A DNA stretch of 64,000 nt from Bacilli bacterium (GTDB lineage: Bacteria; Bacillota_I; Bacilli_A; RFN20; CAG-826), in contig JBMNLM010000001.1 of the NCBI GenBank assembly GCA_050952805.1, positions 6,451 to 70,450 of the forward strand, read 5' to 3'. The notes below the pieces were generated by a model that had not been told where the DNA came from, made no database searches, and saw only the letters and a list, made by a program, of their open reading frames with translations. The translations under genes were made by a program, and so were the position numbers. Positions 27,781-36,329 of this stretch are shown in pieces. How positions within the stretch are numbered: the stretch's first letter is position 1; each line of letters starts with the position of its first letter.

Positions 27781-27835
27781 ATAAAAAAAAGGCTGCTTTT
27801 GCACGAAATACGTGAAAAATGCAGCCTTTTTAATT
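27781..27835. terminator. bidirectional terminator
   Basis: AAAAGGCTGC...GCAGCCTTTT, a 10-bp stem with A- and T-flanks. Confidence 0.65.
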
Positions 27836-27836
27836 A

Positions 27837-29519
27837 CTATTCGTTCCAAACGATATTAATTCTGCCGTTAGGATCTGCAATCGTTAAGGGTGAAGAAACT
27901 TCGGCTTCAGCAGTTCCACCTAGTAGAGCCATCGCGTCTTCAATAACGCTATCAAAAGTGAATGTAACGTTGATTGAGTTATCAATTTCATTAAAGACAA
28001 GGTTTGCTTCATCTTTAAGCGCAAGTTGAATTGTTTTAAATAAAGCAGTTTTAAGAGCTTCTGAACCAAACATTTCCCCATAATACACGCTTTCGGTAAT
28101 AAACTTTAAGCCAACTTGATTAGTTCCTTCGGCAACGTATTCAGCGTTTTTTGTCGAGAAAACAAAGTTAGTATGTAAACCATTTACATTAAGTCCGATA
28201 ATAAAGTCTAGATATTCATCGCCATCACGATTAATAAAGTTAGCGTAAAAATCATCGACAACAATGTAGTTAAATTTCGCTTCAGTAAAATCTTTATAAT
28301 AGGCGTGCGTCGTATACATTGAACCAACGATATTTAGTGAACCTAGAAAATCATTTAATTCTTGTTCAGTAAGATACGTAATAATTGGCTCCTCGCTTGC
28401 TTTAAAGGCATTAAGTTCCTCTAGTGTTTCAATTTGGACAAGATTATCTTCCATTACTTTTTCAAGTTTTTCTGATGTAGGAATGTAGGGTCCAGTGTAA
28501 GCTTTGTAATCTGCAATACCATATTTATTTAATTTACTTAAGTCATCACCACAGAAATTATCAATAAAGTTCTTTTCATCTTCATGAGCTTGATCATATC
28601 CGCGAATTAAGTAAGCAAACATATTATCAATATCTGCTTTTTCGGGTGTAGAAGTAGCAAAGAAAGGTTCGCTTAAATGATCATTTAGCATTTGTTCGAC
28701 TTTGCCACCGATATTTTCTAGGTCTAAATCTAATTCATAACCTCCCCCAACGTATTTTGGGTTCGTTTTAAAGTCAGATAACAACACATAAACGTGGATG
28801 CTGTCTTCAAAGGAGAAGTCAATTTTAGCTTTAGCGTATATATCTTTTACAAGAGTGAAGTAGAGCTTATCTAATTCGCCTCCACCGTCACCGATAATAT
28901 TTCTTTCTAAATCACTAATAAAATCTGATACTTTATAAATTATTTCGCGATTTTCAAGATTAACCTTAACATTCATTCGTTCACCAAGTAACGATTCAAT
29001 GTCGTCATTAGTTACAAATTTACCTGCAACCCAAGTTGCAAGCGACTCTAAACCTTTAAGGTGACCAATTTGAATTTTATCAATGCGAAAATAAAATGCT
29101 TTTTCCGCATCAATATCACGAATGCTTAGTGTCGTATGTAGAACAGCACGTGTTTTAAAGCCACTTGAGCGAAGGTTGAAGTAGAAGACATAGCTTTCGC
29201 CATTAATCTTCATATCAATTTGAGGGACATAACTATTAAATCCTTCACCGTAGTCTTCCAAAAGTTGAAAAAGAAGTTGATTCATGTGATCTTCATTAAT
29301 GACTAAATTTATTTCTTCCTTTGTTTTTGTGTTGTCTAAAGAGTCAGTGATTACGCGATTTGCTAGGTGATCAATCGTAACATTTTCCTCTCTATATGGT
29401 TCGTTCATTCTTGTGTCATAGACTAAGAGGACTAAAACTATCGGAATTACAAGAAGGGAAACTAGAAAAATTCCAATGATAATCTTTAGTATCTTAATAC
29501 CAGTTCGACCAGCGCTCAT
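27837..29519 (-). CDS. N-terminally membrane-anchored extracellular hypothetical protein
   Basis: Single N-terminal TM segment and a 520-aa ectodomain. No recognisable motif. Confidence 0.45.
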   Translation of the reverse strand: MSAGRTGIKILKIIIGIFLVSLLVIPIVLVLLVYDTRMNEPYREENVTIDHLANRVITDSLDNTKTKEEINLVINEDHMNQLLFQLLEDYGEGFNSYVPQIDMKINGESYVFYFNLRSSGFKTRAVLHTTLSIRDIDAEKAFYFRIDKIQIGHLKGLESLATWVAGKFVTNDDIESLLGERMNVKVNLENREIIYKVSDFISDLERNIIGDGGGELDKLYFTLVKDIYAKAKIDFSFEDSIHVYVLLSDFKTNPKYVGGGYELDLDLENIGGKVEQMLNDHLSEPFFATSTPEKADIDNMFAYLIRGYDQAHEDEKNFIDNFCGDDLSKLNKYGIADYKAYTGPYIPTSEKLEKVMEDNLVQIETLEELNAFKASEEPIITYLTEQELNDFLGSLNIVGSMYTTHAYYKDFTEAKFNYIVVDDFYANFINRDGDEYLDFIIGLNVNGLHTNFVFSTKNAEYVAEGTNQVGLKFITESVYYGEMFGSEALKTALFKTIQLALKDEANLVFNEIDNSINVTFTFDSVIEDAMALLGGTAEAEVSSPLTIADPNGRINIVWNE

Positions 29520-29733
29520 AATTATATCCTCGCTTATAAAAGATTCACTTATAGTTTAACAAAAAAGGATTACTAATGTGTATATATCTTTTATAGATAT
29601 TTATTTACTACTAAGGTTTAAATTTGTCTTCTCTAAATAGTGAAAAAGCGTAAAAATGCATAAATAACCCTGCAAAACCGCACTATTTTTGATTTTTTTC
29701 TAAAAAACGAAAGAATTTCGCTATAATGTAATT

Positions 29734-30489
29734 ATGAACAAGGAACAATTATTAAAATGTAGCGAACTAATTAAAAACGCTAAAAAAATTGTCTTTTTTG
29801 GTGGTGCAGGCGTAAGCGTTCCAAGTGGAATTCCTGACTTTAGAAGTGCAACAGGAATATATAGTAAAACGTATGATCGACATTTTACAGCTGAAGAAAT
29901 GGTATCGCATTCTTTCTTTGTAAATCATCCAGATTTATTTGATAAGTTCTACTATAAAAACCTTGTTTATCCTGATGCAAAGCCTAATGATTGTCACATT
30001 TTACTAGCCGATTTAGAGAAAAGAGGCCAAAATTGCACTGTTATCACGCAAAACATCGATGGACTTCATCAAATGGCAGGTTCAAAAAACGTAATCGAAC
30101 TTCATGGTTCGATTCATCGCAATTATTGTGTTAAATGTCGCACCTTCCACACACTTGAAGAAGCCGCGGCGGAACCACAAGGAAAATGTAAACGCTGCGG
30201 AGGACACTTAAAACCAGATGTCGTTCTTTTTGGTGAAGGTTTAGACAACACCGACATAGTAAGAAGTATCGACGCTTTAGGTGAAGGAGATCTACTAATA
30301 ATTGGTGGAACAAGCCTTGTTGTCTACCCTGCCGCTGGTCTAATTTATTATTACCGCGGTAAAAATATTATCGTTGTAAACCTAAGTAATATTGAAGTAG
30401 CCCTTCCAAACAAAGACATAACTTACATTTCTGGCGACATCGCTAAATGGGCTAGAGAAGTAAGCAAACTTTTAGGAATTAACAAATAG
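29734..30489 (+). CDS. cobB: NAD-dependent protein deacylase (sirtuin, CobB/SIR2 family)
   Basis: GAGVSVPSGIPDFRS, and a Zn ribbon (CVKC...CKRCGG), HG. Confidence 0.8.
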   Translation: MNKEQLLKCSELIKNAKKIVFFGGAGVSVPSGIPDFRSATGIYSKTYDRHFTAEEMVSHSFFVNHPDLFDKFYYKNLVYPDAKPNDCHILLADLEKRGQNCTVITQNIDGLHQMAGSKNVIELHGSIHRNYCVKCRTFHTLEEAAAEPQGKCKRCGGHLKPDVVLFGEGLDNTDIVRSIDALGEGDLLIIGGTSLVVYPAAGLIYYYRGKNIIVVNLSNIEVALPNKDITYISGDIAKWAREVSKLLGINK

Positions 30490-30679
30490 TTAAACCTCAC
30501 TAAATACTAAAAAAATAGCGTTTTTCACATCTTTTTAGATTGGAAAATCGCCTAATTTCCACCTCACTCCCCATACTCAACTAATATATATAGATTAAAT
30601 ATATTATTACTCTTTATTTTTCGCGTATAAATCGTTAGAATATAAATGATATTAAAAAAATAGAAATAGAGGAGTAATC

Positions 30680-31264
30680 ATGGCACGAACAATAATTATT
30701 GCGGGTGATTTAGCGTCCGGAAAATCAATCTTAGCAAGACGCTTATCACTCCATTTTAAAGTCCCCTACTTTAGTAAGGAACGATTAAAAGAAATTTTAG
30801 GCGACATTATGCCCTATAGCGAACTTAGAGAAAACAAGAAAATTTCTCGGTCCGCTCTTGATATCTTAATTCACATTAACTCAAGAATGTGTAAAGTTGG
30901 CAATGATGTCATTTTAGAAGCAAATTTCCATAAAGAAGAATTAGAAAGAATTAAACGTGATTGTGATTTTTATAAACAAGACGTCGTTTTACTCTATCTA
31001 ACTGGAGATATTGAAACATTATACGAACGACTTCTTGAAAGAGGACGACAAAATCGTCACCCTGTCCACTTAACGCATCCACTTCTTAGTATTGAAGAGT
31101 TTGAAAATTATGTTTATAAGTGGCGCGAAGAGGAAGAAGTTATGCCGCGCACTTATATTGACGTAACTGGATGCGAACCAATGGTCGTTTATGCTAAAGC
31201 CATTGAAGCACTTGATGCAATCGAACAAAGTAAACACGAAAAGCATAAAAAACATGTAGAATAA
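30680..31264 (+). CDS. P-loop kinase of the chloramphenicol-phosphotransferase-like (CPT/AAA_33) family
   Basis: MARTIIIAGDLASGKSILARRL...VPYFSKERLKEILGDIMP parallels the CPT N-terminus (MTTRMIILNGGSSAGKSGI...DSLIEAMP). Confidence 0.5.
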   Translation: MARTIIIAGDLASGKSILARRLSLHFKVPYFSKERLKEILGDIMPYSELRENKKISRSALDILIHINSRMCKVGNDVILEANFHKEELERIKRDCDFYKQDVVLLYLTGDIETLYERLLERGRQNRHPVHLTHPLLSIEEFENYVYKWREEEEVMPRTYIDVTGCEPMVVYAKAIEALDAIEQSKHEKHKKHVE

Positions 31265-31288
31265 TTACGATATAGAAGGAGAAAATTT

Positions 31289-33361
31289 ATGCAAGATAAA
31301 GTAAAAAATATTCGCAACATCCTTTTCCTTGGCCACCAAGGAAGTGGTAAAACAAGTTTAGTAGAAAGTATTGTAAGTTACGTTAATAAAACCCCAAAAG
31401 GTTCTATTGAACGGAAAAATACAGTAAGTGACTTTACTGATGAAGAAAAGTCGCGTTTAAGTTCCTGTAGTCTTAGTGTTATTACACTAAATTATGAAGG
31501 CTATCAATTAAACTTACTAGATGCACCTGGTAACGATAATTTCATTAGTGATATTATCGGTGCTCTTAACATGGTAAAAGGTGCCGTTTTAGTAATTGAT
31601 GCTCAACGAGGAATTGAAGTTGGTACAGTTAAACACTACAACTTACTCGTTGAACACGGAATCCCAACGTTCATTTATTTAAATAAAATGGACAAAGAAG
31701 ACATTAATTTCCAAAAATTATTAGATGAAATTAGTGAAAAACTCGGTAAAGAAGCTGTCCCATTTGTTTATCCTTTAGGACATGGCGAAGCTTTTGACGG
31801 CTTTATTAATGTCTTAGACCTAAAAGCCTATCGATTTGATGGTAAAAAAGCCGTTGAAGAAGAAATTCACGATGATAAGAAAGCAATTGTTACGGCATTA
31901 AACAATGAAATTACAGAAAAAGTTGCTTTAACGAGCGATGAACTTCTTGAAAAGTTCTTCTCAGAAATCCCCCTTACGAAAGAAGAAGTTCAAAACGGAA
32001 TTCATCAAGCAATAATGCGAAATGAACTTCGTCCAATCGTAGTTGGATCAATTAATAACGATATTGCAGTTCCAACACTATTAAAAATGTTAATTACTTA
32101 CCTTCCAAGCCCAAGTGAACTAAAAGCTTACGAAGGTGTAGATGAAAATAATCAAAAAGTTGAAAGAAAAACGACAGTTGACGCACCCTTTAGTGCTTAC
32201 GTTTTCAAAACAATGTTTGATCAATATAAAGGTGCGACAAATATTATTAAAGTATGTAGCGGAACGCTAAGAACTGGTGATGATATTTATATTCCTTCAA
32301 CACGCAGCAAACAACGTGTTGGACAAATCCACCGTATTTTTGGCGAGAAACTTGATAATATTCAAGAAGCTTATGCTGGAGAAATCGTTGCTTTAACAAA
32401 ATTAGATAACGTAAATACTGGCGACACTTTAAGTGATGTAAAAGATGTCGTTATCTTACCAAAAGAAAATCTCCCAACCGCAGTTTATTTTAAAGCTGTT
32501 AAACCAGTTAATCCTCGAGATGACGAAAAACTCTTTAGTTCGTTATTAAAACTTCAAGCTGAAGATCCAGTTTTAGAAGTTAAACGTAATAATGAAACAA
32601 AACAGCTCTTAATTGGTGGATTAAGTGACTCGCATCTTGCTTTTGTCTTAGAAAAAATTAAGAACATGTTTAACATACCTGTAGAAACATTTGCACCAAA
32701 AATTGCATATCGCGAAACTGTTAAACAAGAAGCAACTGCTCCTGGTCGCTATATTAAACAAAGTGGCGGAAGTGGCTTCTATGGTGTTGTTGAAATGCGC
32801 TTTGGCCCAAGCGGAAGCGAAGAAAACGTTTTTGCCGAAGAAATCTTTGGCGGCGCTGTCCCGAAAAACTATTTCCCTGCCGTTGAAAAAGGCTTTAGAG
32901 AATCACTTGAACAAGGCCTTCTTGCTGGTTTCCCGGTTGTCGGTATGAAAGCTGTCTTAATTGACGGAAAATATCACTCAGTTGATAGTAACGAACAAGC
33001 ATTTAGAATGGCAGCAGTTCTTGCATATCGCGAAGCGTATCTAAAATGTGATCCTACGCTTCTTGAACCAGTAATGAAATTATCAATTTACGTAAATAAT
33101 GAATTTACTGGTAACGTTATGAACGATCTTAATCAAAGAAGATCACGGATTATTTCGATGGATGAAAAAGCAAATCATATCCAAGAAATTGTCGCGCTTG
33201 TCCCCGAGAGCGAAACGCTAGAATACGCATCAACACTTCGTGTTTTAAGCCAAGGAAGTGGTTACTTTAACCGCGAATTTGATTCATATCAAGAAGTACC
33301 TAGATACCTAGTCGACAATATTATTAAGACGGAATCGAGGTTAAATAAAGAAGGGAAATAA
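31289..33361 (+). CDS. EF-G-family translational GTPase paralog with degenerate catalytic His (DAPGNDNF instead of DTPGHxDF)
   Basis: G1 is GHQGSGKTS, G3 is DAPG, G4 is NKMD, plus the EF-G domain IV/V signature KQSGGSGFYGVV. 24 nt downstream of the kinase gene. Confidence 0.6.
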   Translation: MQDKVKNIRNILFLGHQGSGKTSLVESIVSYVNKTPKGSIERKNTVSDFTDEEKSRLSSCSLSVITLNYEGYQLNLLDAPGNDNFISDIIGALNMVKGAVLVIDAQRGIEVGTVKHYNLLVEHGIPTFIYLNKMDKEDINFQKLLDEISEKLGKEAVPFVYPLGHGEAFDGFINVLDLKAYRFDGKKAVEEEIHDDKKAIVTALNNEITEKVALTSDELLEKFFSEIPLTKEEVQNGIHQAIMRNELRPIVVGSINNDIAVPTLLKMLITYLPSPSELKAYEGVDENNQKVERKTTVDAPFSAYVFKTMFDQYKGATNIIKVCSGTLRTGDDIYIPSTRSKQRVGQIHRIFGEKLDNIQEAYAGEIVALTKLDNVNTGDTLSDVKDVVILPKENLPTAVYFKAVKPVNPRDDEKLFSSLLKLQAEDPVLEVKRNNETKQLLIGGLSDSHLAFVLEKIKNMFNIPVETFAPKIAYRETVKQEATAPGRYIKQSGGSGFYGVVEMRFGPSGSEENVFAEEIFGGAVPKNYFPAVEKGFRESLEQGLLAGFPVVGMKAVLIDGKYHSVDSNEQAFRMAAVLAYREAYLKCDPTLLEPVMKLSIYVNNEFTGNVMNDLNQRRSRIISMDEKANHIQEIVALVPESETLEYASTLRVLSQGSGYFNREFDSYQEVPRYLVDNIIKTESRLNKEGK

Positions 33362-33399
33362 TCCCTTTGATATGCTAAAATTAAAGAGAGGTTTTAAAT

Positions 33400-33816
33400 A
33401 TGAATGAGAAAAAACAATCATTAGTCGTGCTCAAAAACATTTGGTCACCAGCACTTTCCGTTATTGGCCTAATTATTATGATTATTTTTCGTTTTACTTT
33501 AGCTGAAGACGTAAAAATTGGCGCGGCTTTACTCGTGATGGTAATTACTTTTATTGTTGCCTTACTTGCGCTTCTTCAAAACACAAGAAAGTCAACAGCG
33601 CAACGACTAATTTTAACTGCACAAGTCGTCTTTGTTATCCTTGCATCATTCTTTATGATTAATAATAATGACCAAGGTGCTAATCCCTCGACGGCTAGTG
33701 TCGTCTTTGAATACATCTTCCTCGTCTTATATTGTCTTACGATTGTTGGCTCTGGCGTTTATTCTACAATCGTTGGCATTAGACTTGAAGATGCACTTGA
33801 ACCTGCAGAACGTTAG
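33400..33816 (+). CDS. small membrane protein, hypothetical
   Basis: Four TM helices. Confidence 0.4.
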   Translation: MNEKKQSLVVLKNIWSPALSVIGLIIMIIFRFTLAEDVKIGAALLVMVITFIVALLALLQNTRKSTAQRLILTAQVVFVILASFFMINNNDQGANPSTASVVFEYIFLVLYCLTIVGSGVYSTIVGIRLEDALEPAER

Positions 33817-33928
33817 TTTATGACAAGGGCAAAAAAAGATTGTGGCGACGCAATTTTACTTAGTAAAACTTGTAATACCTTAATTAATCTTTTATTGCTT
33901 TCTAATCTAATAACAAAAGGAGAAAACT

Positions 33929-33970
33929 AAAAAGAACGCGAATTTGCAAAGTTTTGCGTTCTTTTTGTTT
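33929..33970 (+). terminator. Rho-independent terminator immediately upstream of the MFS gene start
   Basis: AAAGAACGC...GCGTTCTTT followed by TTGTTTG. Confidence 0.5.
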
Positions 33971-33981
33971 GAATTTAGCTT

Positions 33982-35553
33982 ATGACAAATCTTAAAAAAA
34001 CATTCTCTGGGGACAAGGTACCCCTCCTTACAAAAATAGTTTATCCCTTTAGCGGCATCGGTCGTGATATGGCTTATACGCTAGTGTCGCTATTCCTTAT
34101 GACTTACGTTCAATTTACGTTAGGTTCCGAAGGAAATTATGAAGCTAAGATGCTAGCGATTATTATAATCATGTTTGTCGCTCGTCTTTGGGATGGGATA
34201 AATGATCCAATGATTGGGACACTAATTGAAAACACACATTTTAAAATGGGTAAATATAAACCGTGGATTTTAATTGGGGCAGTAAGTAACTCAATTGTCC
34301 TCGCCTTAATGTTTAGTATTCGTGTTCACGGTTGGTGGTTTGTCCTTTTATTTGCAATCTTTTATCTTCTTTGGGGAATAACGTTTACTTTTAACGATAT
34401 TGCTTATTGGAGTATGCTCCCTTCACTTAGTAAAGAAGAAAAAACGCGTAATCAACTTACGACGTTAGTAGCAGTAGCTGCTAGTATTGGTGCTTTTACT
34501 GTAGGTGGCGTTGTACCAATTATTTTCCCAGGCGCGGCAATTTCTAGGTTCCGCTATATCGGAATTGTTGTCGCGGCTATTTTCCTTTTATGTCAACTTT
34601 TAATGGTCTTTACGTGTAAAGAAAGAGCTAGAGAAGAAGTAAAATCAGAAAAAATCACCTTAAAAGAAATGTTTCAAGTTTTATATCGTAATAAACAATT
34701 ATGGTACATCATGATTGTTATTGTTATTTATTATTTAGGTGGAGCACTTCTTAATGGCTTTGGGCTAAATTACTTCTATTTTGCTTATGGTTATGAAAAA
34801 GGTGGCGGTAATATGCTCTTTTTTACAGTAGCTTATGCGCTAGGAACAATAATAGCGCAAGCTACGTATCCGCTTTTTGCTAATAAATTTAAGCGATCAC
34901 AGATATTAGCAACAACATTTATTATTGTTATCGTTGGTCACCTTTTAATCTTTACTTATGGGATGCTTCATGCCCTTGGAATAACTGCTGCACCTAATAT
35001 TTACGCCTTTAGCGCGATTGGTCTACTTATTTTTGCTGCTGAAGGTCTATTTTATATGGCGCTTATCATCATGGCGACTAACACAATTGAATATAATGAA
35101 TGGAAAACAGGTGAACGAAAAGAAAGTATTATCTTTAGTGCTCGCCCATTCGCCGCAAAAATAAGTAGTAGTTTCCAAACAATTATTCTGTACATTGTTT
35201 TACTTGCCGGGGGAATCTACTCAATTACAAATCAAATTAGCCAAGTTGAAATAGCCGCTGAACTTGAAGGCTTAACAAAAGCAGAAACTTATGCGCAAGC
35301 GCAAGCGGCAATTGACGGCGCCGCTAATCTTCAAGGTGTCTTAATCGCGCTTCTTGTAGGAATGGCGCTACTTCCAATCGTCTTGTTTATTTGCGCCTAC
35401 ATTCTTCTTAAGAAGAAGTATAAGATTGACGAAGTCGCTTATAACAAAATGGTTGAAGACATCAAAAATGGTAACGTTGGTCCCCATAACAATCTCGATG
35501 ATATTGTCGGTAAACCGAAAAAGAAAAAACAGTTAGAAACCGTGCAAAAGTAG
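33982..35553 (+). CDS. GPH-family (MelB/LacS-like) glycoside:cation symporter
   Basis: The YPFSGIGRDMAY start resembles the MelB N-terminus. 12 TM helices. Adjacent to the beta-galactosidase gene. Confidence 0.65.
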   Translation: MTNLKKTFSGDKVPLLTKIVYPFSGIGRDMAYTLVSLFLMTYVQFTLGSEGNYEAKMLAIIIIMFVARLWDGINDPMIGTLIENTHFKMGKYKPWILIGAVSNSIVLALMFSIRVHGWWFVLLFAIFYLLWGITFTFNDIAYWSMLPSLSKEEKTRNQLTTLVAVAASIGAFTVGGVVPIIFPGAAISRFRYIGIVVAAIFLLCQLLMVFTCKERAREEVKSEKITLKEMFQVLYRNKQLWYIMIVIVIYYLGGALLNGFGLNYFYFAYGYEKGGGNMLFFTVAYALGTIIAQATYPLFANKFKRSQILATTFIIVIVGHLLIFTYGMLHALGITAAPNIYAFSAIGLLIFAAEGLFYMALIIMATNTIEYNEWKTGERKESIIFSARPFAAKISSSFQTIILYIVLLAGGIYSITNQISQVEIAAELEGLTKAETYAQAQAAIDGAANLQGVLIALLVGMALLPIVLFICAYILLKKKYKIDEVAYNKMVEDIKNGNVGPHNNLDDIVGKPKKKKQLETVQK

Positions 35554-35554
35554 A

Positions 35555-35590
35555 AAAAGCGCTGCAAAACTGCAGCGCTTTTTAATTTTT
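35555..35590. terminator. terminator between convergent genes
   Basis: AAAGCGCTGCA-aaac-TGCAGCGCTTT followed by a T-run. Confidence 0.65.
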
Positions 35591-35597
35591 AATGGTT

Positions 35598-36329
35598 TTA
35601 AATATCGGCTTTAGGGCGCACGAAGACGTCTAGACCTTCATTACGTTTTTCAAAGCCGTTTTCCATAAAGAACTGTAATGCTTTACCTTTAAAACCATAG
35701 TTTCTTGGGTCAAAGCCAGGGTATTTACGGACGAGAATATTGTTAACATTACTCCAATATGCCCAGCCATTTTCATCAACTGCGTTTTCAGCAATAATGT
35801 TTGTTACGACTTCGATTAGATCATCAAAGGGGATAATACTATCATCTTCCTTTTGAGCATTAGTTGTCTTTTTTGCCTTTTTATTTTTATCGCGCATTTT
35901 CTTGATTTTATCTAAAAAGACAAAAACATCGACGGAATTTACAAGACTAATTGGTGTTTTACTTTCGCCCATTCCAATAATAAACATATTATTTTCTCTT
36001 AGGCGCGAAACAAGTTTTGTAAAGTCACTATCACTACTTACAATTACAAAGCCATCAACATTACCTTGATATAAGATGTCCATAGCATCTATTACAAGCG
36101 AAAAGTCACTCGTTGATTTTCCACTTACAACACTATATTGCTGCCGTTGATCAAGATTAAACTTAATGCTTTGGCTTCGCCAACCATTAAGAGCTTGATT
36201 AGTCCAATCTCCATATATCCGTTTATATGACAATGTTCCGTATTTGTTTGCTTCATCGTAAACAATAGAAATATAATCAGGCGATATATTCTCGGCATCA
36301 ATTAGCATTGCTAAATGTTTTTCTGCCAT
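35598..36329 (-). CDS. NYN (PIN-like nuclease) domain protein with C-terminal OST-HTH/LOTUS domain
   Basis: MLIDAENISPDYISIVYDEANKYG...YGDWT is a NYN/LabA-like core. The C-terminal WAYWSNVNNILVRKYPGFDPRNYGFKGKALQFF is an OST-HTH. Confidence 0.55.
   Translation of the reverse strand: MAEKHLAMLIDAENISPDYISIVYDEANKYGTLSYKRIYGDWTNQALNGWRSQSIKFNLDQRQQYSVVSGKSTSDFSLVIDAMDILYQGNVDGFVIVSSDSDFTKLVSRLRENNMFIIGMGESKTPISLVNSVDVFVFLDKIKKMRDKNKKAKKTTNAQKEDDSIIPFDDLIEVVTNIIAENAVDENGWAYWSNVNNILVRKYPGFDPRNYGFKGKALQFFMENGFEKRNEGLDVFVRPKADI

Noticed and set aside
33817-33981. 36-aa ORF (MTRAKKDCGDAILLSKTCNT...) in the intergenic region before the MFS gene
   Set aside because: No RBS, low-complexity, and it overlaps the terminator stem. 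It is probably spurious.
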